Below, piece by piece: positions 12,895-25,700 of a stretch of 64,000 nucleotides of DNA. Positions within the stretch are counted from its first letter, which is position 1, and every line of letters starts with the position of its first letter. The position numbers and the translations under genes were made by a program. The DNA is taken from NCBI GenBank assembly GCA_047967505.1, contig CM106538.1. One strand, given 5' to 3'. Source of the DNA: Dipteris shenzhenensis. Its lineage: Eukaryota. The notes beneath the pieces were generated by a model, which made no database searches, had not been told where the DNA came from, and worked only from the letters and a program-made list of their open reading frames with translations.

Positions 12895-15012
12895 TGTTTC
12901 TGAAACTACATCCATGTTCATATGGTGTACCATTGATAATTAGATTAGTTGGCATGTAGGTATGACATTTGTGTGTGTTTGTGAGAGATCTTATTTTTAC
13001 ACATGCTTTGAGACTGTGGAATGAAAGTGTGTGGCACAATTATTCATGCAATTGACTATGTGTCTAAGCAAAAGCGTGTGAGTGCATGTGACCTAGTAAC
13101 TAGGTAGGGACTATCTATATGTTTTTTTTTTGGGTTATTGCTGGGATTTCATAGGGTAGCTAGGACTCAAGCATCACTTCTGAGCCCTAGGTTGAAATTG
13201 GTTGATGCTACCTATATATGCGAAGATGTACATATGCAAGTGAGTGCTTGTGATATAATCCAATCCTAACTAAGAAAGACTTGGGTTTCCCAAATCTTCA
13301 TTTTTGTCGGGGATGGCTTCACAATGGGATTCATCTTTCTGACTCGGTAGGGTCCTTGACCTAAATACTTGAGTTTTCCCTTATGTACTTTGGCATTGTA
13401 TAACAAGACTAAGTCACTTTCCTTGATGTCTTTGGCTTTAAGATTTTTGTCAAACCATGCCTTTCTTCTACGTTTTTTTTGTTGTCATGGCATGGTAGGC
13501 AACTAATTTGGTCTCTATGTGCTTCTCCAATTGATAGAGTTTTTCTTTCAAGCATGCATGATCTCCCATGCATTCCTGTACTACTATGCATAGGCTTGGT
13601 ATTACAAGTTCTAGTGGGACCATAGTTTCGAGGCCGTACACCAATTGAAAAGGTGTATTCCATGTACTGACCTTGAGTGTGGTTTGGTATGCCCATAAGG
13701 CTACATTTAGTTTCTCTGCCCAATCAGAGTGCAGTGGTTCTACTACCTTGGTGAGGATAATGCATAATATTTTGTTGGTGGATTTGGCCTGTCCATTCCC
13801 TTGGGGGTAGTAGGGTGTGGTTTTTCTATGGATTACCATAAAGCCAGACAAGAGTTCTTGAATTACCTTATTGACAAAATGTGTGCCTCTATCCCCAACA
13901 CAATTTCAATGGGGCATCTAAATCGGGTGATCACATTCTCATATAACAATCTTGTTGAGCATCTGGCATCTTCCTTTCTGACTGCTTTAGCTTCAACCCA
14001 TTTGGTAAAGTAATCAGTGGCCACAATGATGTAGCATACCTATCTTCCCTTTGCTTCAGCCCATTTGGTAAAGTAATCAGTGGCCATAATGATGTAGCGT
14101 ACCTATGTTCCCTTTGCTCTACTAGATGGATGGGACCCACATAGTCAATCCCCCATTTTTTAGATGGTTTTTATGCAACAACTGTTGTTAGGGGATTGAA
14201 GTTTTTGAGTTGGGGTTTAGTGGTCCGTTGGCAACATCACAACCTTTGACATATTCATAGGCATCTGCCCAAAGTGTTGGCCACCAGTAGCTTGTGAGGA
14301 GGAGTTTTCTTGCTGTGGCTTCCCCTTGGAAGTGTCCTCCTGTAATGCCTTCATGGACTTCACTCAGGATTGGCATGATCTCATGAGGCATTACACATCT
14401 TCTTAAAAGCTAGTCCTTGCCCATCTTGTACAGTTGTCTTGCAATGAGTTGATAGGGTGCAGCTTTTAAAATTAGTTTTTTCGCATCCACTACTTTCATT
14501 TCAGGGGGTGGTCTTCCTGCCATTAAGTACCCAATGATATCTCCACACCAATCTAGAATAGCATCTATCTGAAATAGTGTAGCATCTGGCAAGTCATCTT
14601 CTACTCTAGTGGCTTCTTCTCTTGACTTTACACGAGACATGTGATCGGCAATGTAGTGTTGGGCACCTTTGCAGACCCCTATTTTGAAGTTGAATTCTTG
14701 AAGCAAGAGGAGCCATCTGGTAATTCTACCTATTGTACACGGACGGTTCATAAGATAAAGCAATGCTTTAATCAGTGTAGAAGACAAAATCATTTGCCAA
14801 TAGATAGTGCCAAATTTCTTAACACTATACACCATTGCTAGGGCTTCTCTTTCAGTGGTGGTATAGTTAATCTCTACATCATTGAGTTGTCGACTGGTGA
14901 AGTATAATGGGTAGTCTTTCTTATGTTCACCAGGTTGACAAAGCACACAACTCCCCATTGCATACTTGGATCCATTAGTATGAACATGAAAATCAATATC
15001 CCAATTGGGAGA

Positions 15013-15259
15013 CTCGGGGGGGTCACTATGTATAAACCCTCTATATCACGTGCGTTCAAGGCCTATATTTAAAGTCCCTTATTTGTAAAAAATTTCATTA
15101 ATAAAATGTACCCCTTTTCTATACAAATCTGTAAATTTTTTCCAAAACTATTTTAAATAGTCCCTTATGTATATTTATTTCTGTAAATTTTAGAAATAAA
15201 AAAAATCCTTTTGTTGAACTCACGTGATAGGGTTACATATGATGAGTGACCCCCCCGAG
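15013..15259 (-). mobile_element. 247-bp MITE of the P-like family, inserted in the Gypsy RT/RNase H region
   Basis: TIRs CTCGGGGGGGTCACT / AGTGACCCCCCCGAG, flanked by a duplicated ATTGGGAGA (9 bp). The ends match those of 32637-44805. Confidence 0.95.
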
Positions 15260-17828
15260 ATTGGGAGATATAAGGACGGATGCTATGATTAGGCATCACT
15301 TTAAAGCTCAACGGCTTGGTCGCACTCTTGTGTCCATAAGAATTCCACTAATAATTTGTAAAGTGGTCTGGCTATCATGGGATACCGCAAGATAAATCTT
15401 TGATAATAGCCAGCATGTCCCATAAAGACCTGTATGCCTTTGGGATTTGTAGGAGGAGGCAATTCCATGATGACTTTGACTTTTTCCATGTCAGTTGCAA
15501 TCCCATGTTGAGAAACGATGTGTCCCAAAAGAACTTCGTGGGTGACCATGAATTGGCATTTATTGGATTTAGGGAGATGCCATACTCCTTGCATTTGATT
15601 AGAACTGCTTCAAGACATTTGAAGTCATCTTTTTTGTTTGAGTGGATGCACAAATCATCCAAGAACAACTGTAAAAACTTTTTCAAAAATGACTTGAAAG
15701 CTGTGAACATGACTCATTGGAATGTGGCTGGGGCATTACAAAGGCCGAATGGCATGACTCTATGGGCAAAAATACCCCATTCTATAGCAAATGCTGTCTT
15801 TTATTTGTCTTTAGGAGCAATTGGCACTTGGTTATAGCCACTCCAAGAAGCTATATATCTCGGAACCTGCCACCTTTTCCAACATTGTTTCTGTTAAGGG
15901 TATGGGATAGTGATCCCTAATTGTGGTGGCATTCACATTCTTTAAGTTTACACATATTTTGAGCTTTTTGTTGCATTTAGTCATCATGAAAATGGGTGAA
16001 ACCCAATCAGTGTGCTCTATCTCATAGATGGATCCAGCATCTAAGAGTTTTTCCAGCTCGTCATAAACCATGGTGCCATACTTAGGATTTGTTCAATAAG
16101 GTCCACATACCTTAGGGTGGGCACCTTCCCTTATAGGTATTGTGTGTACTGCCACATCTAGTGAAATTCCTTTCATCTCTTTGTATGACCATGCTAGGCA
16201 GTCATGGTATTCCATAAGGAGTGCTTTGAGTTTGGTTTCATCTTCTTGTCGAAGCAGTTTTCCAATGAAAACCAATTTCTCTTCCTCCCCTTCAAGGGTG
16301 AGGTTTATTGTTCGAGTTTTGCTAGTCCCTCATAGATTGGAGCTTCTCCAATGGTATCGGTTTCTTGAAATTCAGATTCTCTTAGTGGTCTTGGCATTGC
16401 TATGGGGACTCTGCCACTTGTGTAATTCTTGAAGTACTCCAGCACTTCTCGAAGATCAGCCTCTGATGGTGTTGAACTAGCCTAACAGTGCTATGGGTAC
16501 TATGTGGCATAGTATCATTAACCAATTTGTTAGGCTCTTGATGACTTTCTTTTTCTGAAGTCTCTTGATTGATCTTCATCCACACATGTGGCTTATACTT
16601 TTGAAACTTCTTACGTTGGGAATTGTGGGGTAACTTTTCCACTTGTAAGGTGTTTCCAAGTAAGGGTTCATTTGCTGCACATACTCCTTCCAGTCCCTTA
16701 GGGGACCATTCAAGTGGAGGTGGCTTAGATTTTGAAGGAGCTGGCTTTGTAAGATACAATTTGATGATCCTTGTTTGGACTCATTTGAATTCATCGAAGT
16801 GTTTGGCCTTGGATTTTTTGTGATTTTCTACTTCAGCTTTCTTGTGGGATCTTCTGCTATTATTCAACTTTGGAGGTTCAACTTTTGGAGGCTCGATTGC
16901 CATTAGGGCATGCAGAATGGCTGTGTCATTGTCAAAGAATTGATCTTCAATTTTAGCATTCTCAGCCTTAGTTTCAAGGTCCCAAGGAGAATCTGAGTCA
17001 TCATTGGTATGGGTACCTTCTACAGTTCATTATTCCACTCGAGGTAAGCCATAAAGAATGGCACCTCTAGATTGATCAGTTCTTCATGTGTGAGTTGAGG
17101 ATCTACCTATATCATCTTAGAATCTATCTACGAGAAGATGGGGTCTAATGAATGGCAGTTGTCGATGGTTGCCAATGTTTGTATCCAATTAGTAACATTG
17201 CTTTGTGTATCGCTCGCTATGGCATGTTGTTGCAGGGGAGCTAATTGGCTTGAGATCGTCATCTTGAAGAGGTTTCATCCAATGCTCTAGGCACAATTGG
17301 TTTTATTGTTTCTATCCTCACATTCACCTGAACTGCGATGTTGTGATTTTGGATTGTCAGTCTATTAGTTCCCCAATCATGGAGGACTGATTCTTCCTAC
17401 AACCAAGGACGTCCAAGGAAGATTTGATAGGATTTCTTAGGGAGATCCAAGATTGTGAATTGAAGGGAAAAGTGGACTATTGCAACTTTTATTGACACGC
17501 CATTCACTATTACCAAGGGTTTTGCCCGTGAATCATCGGTAAGGCAAATGTTGAAATTAAACTTTTGCATTGGTGGGAGACCCTATTCATCGTAGAGCTC
17601 CTTGGATAGGACATTTACACGTGCTCCACCATCCACTATGGCTTGTACTTCATTATATGCCTTGTGGAGGAAAGGCACAATGATGTTGCGTATGTCATCT
17701 CTCTCACCCATCTGCATAGGGATATCTTCGATGTCTTCCATAGGTGGAGGGGGATTTGTGTGTTCAATCTAGCCTTTGAAACCCTCCTAGAGATTGGGAC
17801 AATTTTGTAGTATGATTCCAATGGTAAT

Positions 17829-18106
17829 CATGGATGTTTTTATCGAAGCTATGCTTATATATTAATATAAAATATTGGCAAAAGTTTATTGAGCCCATTT
17901 TTAGGATGCAATCCACTTTTATATATTTTCTTTTGAATTTTGAATTATAAGATGTAAATCCTGGTGAAACTTTAAACTCTTTTACATAAAAGTTTTAAAT
18001 CCTGGCTAATCTTTTAAATGTTTATTTTTATTAGGGCGTATAAACTTTTGAGACCAATATAAAAGTTTAGCTTCTTAACGAAACTAAGTTGAGAAAATCA
18101 TCCATG
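17829..18106. mobile_element. 278-bp AT-rich MITE with CATGGATG TIRs and an 8-bp TSD (P- or hAT-type)
   Basis: Left end CATGGATGTTTT, right end AAAATCATCCATG. Flanks are ATGGTAAT / ATGGGAAT (7/8). It interrupts the Gypsy gag-protease region. Confidence 0.85.
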
Positions 18107-19249
18107 ATGGGAATTGACACAGGACAACTTAGAATGCTAAAAAGTGTGGCTCCTTCAAGTTGGCGGGATGGTACATTATGTTGCGGATTTTGTTGTTGGA
18201 ACAGAGGCTCAAGTATCAATACTCAGTAGGGCCAAGTTAGGGATTGGATGTTGTTCTTGCTTCTCAGCCTCAAATTGAGCTTGTCCCTTTTGTACCCATT
18301 GTTGAAGTGCCTAAAATCGAGCCTTCTCCACTTTTGCATTTGGGTATGGAGCTTCTTTTATTTGAGGCGCAGGAGCTGATGTGGATGAACCTACTCATTG
18401 CTTGGCAGAGGTAGAGGCACTTGTGCAGTCTTTTTAAGAAGTCATCTTGATTGAATTGGAATATTAGGGTCCTTGGTGGCTTCTTTTTGTTGGCATGTAA
18501 TTACATTCATAGGTTGTGATATTATGCTTGCCGGCCCAAGACTTTGATGGTCCACCCCAATAATGCCAATTGGGATGTCAGGCTTAGCCTTAGTTTGTTG
18601 TGGGACCTTATTTTTCATGGGACAATCCATACAGGCATGTCCTATGCCACCAGCATCACAAGCTCCAAGCAGCTCCTTTTCATCTACAATGTCCTTAAAG
18701 TCCTTCATCACCTCTTTAGCAACTTGCACACACAAGTTTTTGTGTCTTGGGTCCTTTAATATCCCAATGACATTGATTGATTTCAAAAAACCAGCTAGAG
18801 CATATGAACAAGCAATATCATTCCCGACCATTCTTCCCATCACATCTTCCATGAAGTTCCTAAAGAAGAACACAAGAAAACCTGAGCACAACTAATGTAG
18901 TGCAAAAGAGTGAAATTTCATTGGAACATTGGAGAACCAACCTTGTAGTTCGGACTCTCCTCTTTCTAGCACCAATAGTGGGTGCAAATGCATCCATATA
19001 TAGTAAGTGTATTTTCCTATCCTTCAATACCAAAGGTGTTTCCTTCATCTTTCACACTCGTTCCTCTGCCTTCTCTCATTCCTTCTCTACAACCCATTCA
19101 ACTTGGCTATATATAGATAATTCAAAACCTTTTTTGGTTTTGGCTAGCTTATAGAGTGATTCTTGCAATTCCTATCACTCCAAGCCCAAAACATTGCACT
19201 CCTAGTCCAATGCATTAGCTTTATCATGAGGATCCTTGTTCTGCCTTTG

Positions 19250-20995
19250 ATTAAAAAGGTGCTAGGCATTCTTGGAAGTGATTTGCAAGAACAATTCTTG
19301 AAGAAGGCATCGAGGAGATCATATTTTTAGATTTATAACCAAACAATTACATTAGTCCAGATGGTAGAGTCAAGGTTTTGAACTTGCTAACTGATGTTTA
19401 GGATGTGTTGAAATAGACAAGGTAGTACTTTCCTGATACGAGAGGAACCATGAAGTTTTGACATGTTCAAGCAACAATTGAGCGAGCGTACAATCTCTTT
19501 CTCAAAGGTGATCTCCAAAAGTGTGATGACTAACTTGAAGAATTGCAAAGATGGCAAATCCAAGTTGTCATCTTAGTGAATCAGAGTTGCTATGCACATG
19601 ATGGTAACTTCCCTCAAATAAGTTTTTGAGCAATATGATAGGAAGATAAATTTTCTACATATGAAAGCCACCGATGTAGCAAAGACAGGGCAACATGAAA
19701 GAATGTTTAGGGAGGGTGAAAAAGCCAAGGTGGAGGAGGTAGAAGAAAAGGTCTTGCAGGCAGAAGAGCAAAGTTGAGGATGCTAAAAAATTTCCCAAGA
19801 TGGAAAAGCATAGAAGAGAAGAAGTAGACTAGTGCACCAAACTACTACATCAGTAGCTTGATGATGTTAGATTGGATGGGGACAAAGCAAAGCAAGAGCT
19901 AGAGCCTAGTAAGGATGAAAAAAGCTCTCAAAGATTAGAGAGTCGACAAGGAGGCTTGTTACTAATGGTGGCTCTACAAAATGCAGAATACATTGGACAT
20001 CAATAAAGATGAAATGATAGAGTAACTAAAAATGGAGAATGTAGAACCAAAGCATTGATGCAAGAACTGCGACAGAGCTTCAAGTCAAGGAAGGATGCAA
20101 ATTGGCAGAGAGCACCCATGGTGGAGGAGACAATGTGGATGTGCAATTTTGGAAGGATATGTATGAGTCCATGAAATTGGATTGCACTAGGGCTCTATAA
20201 GAGCTTGCTAGGACTTTTGAATATTGCCTATGAGTCCTCCATCCTATCAAAACCCCAACAAATATTAAATCTCTTGAAAGATTCCTACAGAGAAGCGGCT
20301 ACACAATTTCACCAGGCTCAAGAGCAACTAATAGCATCAGATATAGCTATTGTAACGAGTGAGAAACAAGTGAAGGTGGTGCAAGAGATTGTCCACACCC
20401 TCAAAATGGGGTAGGAAGGAATTAAAAAATAGCTTGCTAATGCACAGGGTCCAACGGTGGTATTGATAGCTGTAATTATAGTTAAAACGGATGACTAGAT
20501 CCTCTTGAGATGCAGTAGGATAAGAAGTGCATGATCTATTGTCTACAGATCATAGATGAGTGCATGATCCAATGGACCCACTATGGCCATGTTCTACATG
20601 TGTTTTGCTTTGGGGTGTTTCTGGATACAAACTTTTGTAGAGATCCTTGTTGTGGCCTCCCATTACCCATGTTGTGGAAAGCTCACTTGTGCCTATCTGC
20701 TACATCTATCCACAAGCAAAAAATGAGATGCTACAGAAGAAACCTCTAAGTGGGTCTACCAGGAAAAAAGACAGGGCCTTGGCCAGCCCCCTGAAAGAAG
20801 TGAGTCTAAAGTAAAGAAGTCCAAGGTTGAGCCTTGGGAAGAAGAGCCAATCTCCCTAACAAGCTCAAAGCGACCTGATGAAGGGAGCTCAAAGCAAAAA
20901 GTAAAATGGGAATCAGCCCCTTGAAGAAAAGGAGTGAGAAGGGCCCATCCTCCAAGCGACCCAATGTACCTAAAAGACCTCCAAGCAAAATGATG
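19250..20995 (+). pseudogene. Second, more decayed copy of the coiled-coil + RING-H2 ORF
   Basis: Translated pieces align with 3166-5120 (KVLGI..., PDTRGT, MTNLKNCKDGKSKLS, HVLHVFCFGVFLDTNFCRDPCCGLPLP). Confidence 0.7.
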
Positions 20996-21813
20996 TAGTT
21001 GAAAGACCTCAATGTATGAGATGTATATGTTCAATTATTAATGAAACCACTCTTTAGTTGCTGCTGCCAGAGTGGTCAAATGTGTGCAACCAATTGAATG
21101 CAAGTTTCCTCTATACAAACTAAGCTATTTTAGGATCTTCTTTTATACAAACAAGTTGTTTTAGTATCGAAATCAGCATAGTGTAGTGCATCATAATTGG
21201 TCTCACAATTTAGGATCACAACCAACGAGGCAATAGTATAGGATAAGTAGTCATTAGCACGGTGGTTGGTTTCATATGATATATGGGCCCTTGGGGGGTC
21301 CCCTTTAGGAGCAAGGTCCATATTGACATGCTCCTAGTGATATAGGACATGTCGATATGGCCCTTGGCCATATCGACAATTACACAAGGTCCATATCAAC
21401 AATTGCATTTATATAAGCTGCTATAGGAGAAGGGTGGTTTTTTCTTCAAAATTATTACAAGATGACAATGGTCACCATCCCAATGGTTTTACAAGATAGG
21501 TGGCATGGGTGAAAGCATGATAAGGTGTCCAAAATAGTAGTGTCCCAGACATGTGCTATTTGAGTAGTAAAGCACTCATCTTTAGAGTCTTATATAATGT
21601 TTCATTACTAGCAAGTGCTTTTTTAGACTCTATAGTATCTTTGTTTCATAACATGCATCAAAAACTCAAAGAAATTGATTTATTGTGATAGATATTGGGT
21701 GCTATTTTTTACATATATAGCTAAAATAGCTAGACACCTTACCATACTTTCACTTGCATATTATATATATATATATATATGTATATAGGATTACTAAAAA
21801 AGCATGGTGGACC

Positions 21814-21951
21814 AATGGTTGTAAAACAAGCTCGGTAGGGATTTACTATTTGGCATTTTCGTTCAACAAGCACAATGGTAGTAAAAGAAGCACGGTAGGG
21901 ATTTACTATTTGGCATTTTCATTTAACAAGCGCAGTGGTAGTAAAACAAGC
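21814..21951. repeat. 60-bp tandem repeat (~2.3 copies) abutting the ABCG fragment
   Basis: AATGG(T/A)GTAAAA..AAGC.CGGTAGGGATTTACTATTTGGCATTTTC.TT.AACAAGC repeated with period 60. Confidence 0.85.
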
Positions 21952-22609
21952 ATAGGCGGTTTCCCTACGTTCATAGAAGACATGAGGGTAATTAGCTCCT
22001 TGAATTGCTCGTGTTGAATCCTATTGTGAGCAAGACTAAAACTAAAAGGACACAAGAGGTGCATCCGTGCTTAAGATGTCTCCCATCTCAGGTTTTCGAA
22101 AGAGAGATTAAATGGTCATTACGGTGTCGCATCCTTCGTTGTGGTGAACGCTGTTTCATCTACTCCTTACTTACTGCTGGTATCGATGCTTCCTGGAGCC
22201 ATAGCCTACTTCTTGGTTGGTCTCCACCATGGAGTGAAACCTTTCATCTACTTTGTACTCACACTGTACCGTTTGCATGCTTGTGGTGGAGAGTCTCATG
22301 ATGACGGTTGCAAGTGTAGTTCCAGATTTTCTCTTCGGTATAATTATAGGAGCCGGTATTTAGGTGGGTTGGGAATATATATAGAAGTCGTATTACGTCA
22401 GAATTGATATACAAGTATAAAGAAATGCTCTTGATATCCCAGACTAACGAACATAAGTGATGACATCACGGCCCATAAGCTCGTTTGAAATGTGCTTACA
22501 GGGCATATTCATTCTCGATAATGGATTCTTCCGTCTACCTCATGATACTCTGAAACCCTTTTAGAGATACCCACTTTCATTCATGGCTTTTTACATGTAT
22601 GCAAATCAG
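21951..22609 (+). pseudogene. ABCG half-transporter (ABCG11/WBC-like) transmembrane-domain fragment with 3 exons and 2 introns
   Basis: IGGFPTFIEDMR|gt (to 21987); ag|VFER..LNGHYGVASFVVVNAVSSTPYLLL...VVESLMMTVASVVPDFLFGIIIGAGI* (22092-22363, frameshifts and a premature TAG); ag|GIFILDNGFFRLPHD..KPF.RYPLSFMAFYMYANQ (22502-22609). Confidence 0.85.
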
Positions 22610-22770
22610 TTTCATGGGATCCTCATCACTCCGTGGATGTTGGTTCAATTTTGTTCAGTCGCTGGTTGACTGTAAGATTTTGGAGTCTAATATGCACAAT
22701 TCAAAGTTGGGTTGCTCATCCATCGCTTAGGATTCCTCATTTACCTTACTCCTTCCCCTTTACCTTACAT

Positions 22771-25700
22771 AAGCTCTCTAATAAGTGAAAAGGCAGTTTT
22801 GGGAATGACTCAACTAGAGTTTATAGCTTGCCTTCTACTAAGAGGATTTCTATTAATTGTCCCTTGGATTTATGCAGGTCACCAAGGAGACTCTCTGTTC
22901 GCTTTGTGCCTGGTTAGCAATCCAAAATCAAAACTATAATTGAAATAAAGGTATGATAGCTTTTCTTTCTCTGCTCAATAACCCATCTGTTGGCAAATTT
23001 TCGATAAGTTGATAAGTTTTTTTTGGGGGGGGGGTTTCTTCTTCACGTATGTTCGATGTAGTGTTGTCTTTTCATATAGTATGTCAATGTCATAACTTTT
23101 TTATTCTTGATATTACATGACTATTAGATATCGATGTAGTGTCGTATTTAGCCTTTAGACATAATATGTCAATCATCTGATTTGTAATGTAATATTTGAG
23201 TCAATTACTTGGGCCATGCATTTGCATGGTGCTTATCTTTCCGCATTGGATCGTATTACTCGATTATATGTGCGGTTAAGTAAGTAAGTCTGCATTTCAA
23301 CATTTGGTTGTAATATTCAACCTTTGATGTCGTTACAAGGACTCCTTTTCATTGTTTTGAAACTAGCTCGACACTTGGTCGTATCATTCGACTGTATGTG
23401 TCGTCTCTTGACCTTAGAAGAGTAATAGAATTCAACACTTTGTTGTTTATTTGACTTTTGGTGTTGTTCCTTAGATATATAATTTATAAAATAAGTAGGC
23501 TTTGACACTAGGTCGTTTATTTGGCTTTCAGTGTTGTCATAGCTTATTTCATAAAACAAATGTTTAAACTTTGACACAATTTACTAGAAGCTTACCTTGG
23601 ATCAACATTTTTCCATACTTCAATGGAGGGAGTATTGGAGACATGATGATGCAGCTACCCATGGATCAGATTTGTACACGGTTCTCAATGAACACACAAA
23701 GTCAAACTCTCATATCAAGTCGCTCATGACAAAAGATGAAAATCCAAAGGTAGCACTCACTGGCTTGCGAGGGCATCCTCGAAAGGATAAGGATCATGAT
23801 CCAAAGCAAAGATCTCTTAGCAACTTTTTGGTTTCAACAAAAACTAGAAGCCTAGGGACGAGTGCTTTCTCTGTTGATTAAAGTTTTAATAGAGAAAATG
23901 AATCTTCTTTTGTAAATTTTGACTTGCTATGTTGGGGCCTTTGGAGCCATGAGGTCAAAGTAGGTAACAAGTATGTCAAGATAAAGCCTTTCTTAGATGA
24001 TCAATGTGGCAGGAAGTATTGGTTTATAGAGCGTCATGTTACGGCAACGTTAAATAATGGATGTACTGATATTCATGTGGATGGATGCTTTTGTCACATA
24101 AGTTGCATACGCATTTCACAAGATGGGCAACCATTTAAAGGATTTACATGCCACCATTGCAAGGGGATAGTTAAACTTGCTCACTTTAGAATGAGATTGT
24201 ACAGAGAAGAGAAGGTTGAGAATAAGAGAGGAGATAGGGGTACCGGTTGTGGAAGAAGGCTAGATTATCTTACAAAGAGTGAGCTTAGAAATGCAAGTCT
24301 TTTTGCTAAAAGTCGAGTAAGACACCTTTCTAAGCAACTATGGTGGACAAAGTCTCAGGTTGCCATTCTTTCAGTAAGAGTCTACACTTTAAGAGAAGCT
24401 AGCATAGAGTCTCTCAATCGAAAGGATGTAAAACGATTTTGCAACAATATAATCGAAGCCCATAGATTGGAAAATTTTGGTGGTAAAGTTGCCTTATGGG
24501 ACTTTCTACAAGATGTTGCCACAAACATAATTAAGTCAAGTGCTAGACAAAGATATAGTGAGAACACAAAGGCAATATTTGAGGTTGCAAGAATGTGGGG
24601 AGGTCCAAGGTTACATGACTTCTTGAGTTCCAACCTCAATGGACCTTCTTTATCAACGAACAAAGCGAGGGCAAAGACTTGCTACTCAATTTGTACCTAG
24701 TATACATGGATATCTTTTTGATGCAATCACTAAAATTTATGAAAAAGAAAAAGAAAAGCATGGAATCATGTCAAGGATTCCCTTTATCATAGTGGAAGAT
24801 GAAACTACAATAAAGAAGTGGATAAGGTAGCCTCCTTTTTCTCTAAATTATTTTCATAATCTAAATCTTGTTTTTGAATGCAAGAGGATTGCATATGATC
24901 TTACAGACTTCTGCTTACTATTGCTTGTAGGTGGAATCCAAAGGATGACATGCTTGTGGGTTTTGATGGATATAAAGTAGATGATCATGAGTGCATGACT
25001 ACATGCATGATCAAAGGGGGAGAAGGACAAAAAGGATATGATCAGATTATTGATGCATTTCAAAATTGTGTCATTGGTGGACGTGTAAGAGTTTTTCTTG
25101 CCAATCCATTGCATGATGCACTCCCATGCTTGGTTCTTGCACTTCATTGCACTTGTGGCCGATTTGATGCAAATTTTGTTCGCAAGCAATGGGATGCTAT
25201 TTTAAACTTATGGAATGAGAAGCTAAAGACCACGGTTGGTCCAATTATTGGACATGCATCTAATGGTGATAGTCGGCGAAGAATATTGATGATCTCCGAT
25301 TATCTAGATAAAAGAGATAGTAGATTTGGGATAAAATGGGATGGATGGCCTCTCTCAGCAAAAGTTTTAGAAAATCAAGTTTTTGGACTGCATGATCAAG
25401 ATTTTGTACATAATGGAAAAAAGTTAGTCAATATTCTTGACAAGCCTAAGTGTCAATTGTCTATTGGCAATGTTTGGATCACCTTAAATCATGTCATTGT
25501 TGTGTATGATGCTTTTTCTATCGACAAGCATATGCTAAGGGAGGGAGACATTAGGCGAGATGACCACCAAAATTGGGCGAGAGCTCAAAGAATATGCAAT
25601 AGACAAGTGCAATGATGCTTGGGAGAATTGGCAAACAATGGAATTCTTAGAAAAGAGAGGAGCATGCTAGGAACACAAGCTTATCTTGAAATTGCTGGAG

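Larger units (their letters stand above)
13330..19200 (-). mobile_element. Degenerate Ty3/Gypsy gag-pol (non-chromovirus, Athila/Tat-like)
   Basis: gag with a degenerate CCHC (18442-18891); protease IVDGGARVNVLS (~17600-17640); RT (ELEKLLDAGSIYEIEHTDWVSPI, MPFGLCNAPATF, FLDD; 15300-16275); RNase H (INYTTTEREALAMVY; 14410-14958); integrase (GGHFQGEATARK..YWWPTL, TTPYYPQGNGQA; 13468-14391). The order PR-RT-RH-IN is diagnostic. There are many stops and frameshifts and a 63-bp tandem duplication at 13991-14116. Confidence 0.93.
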
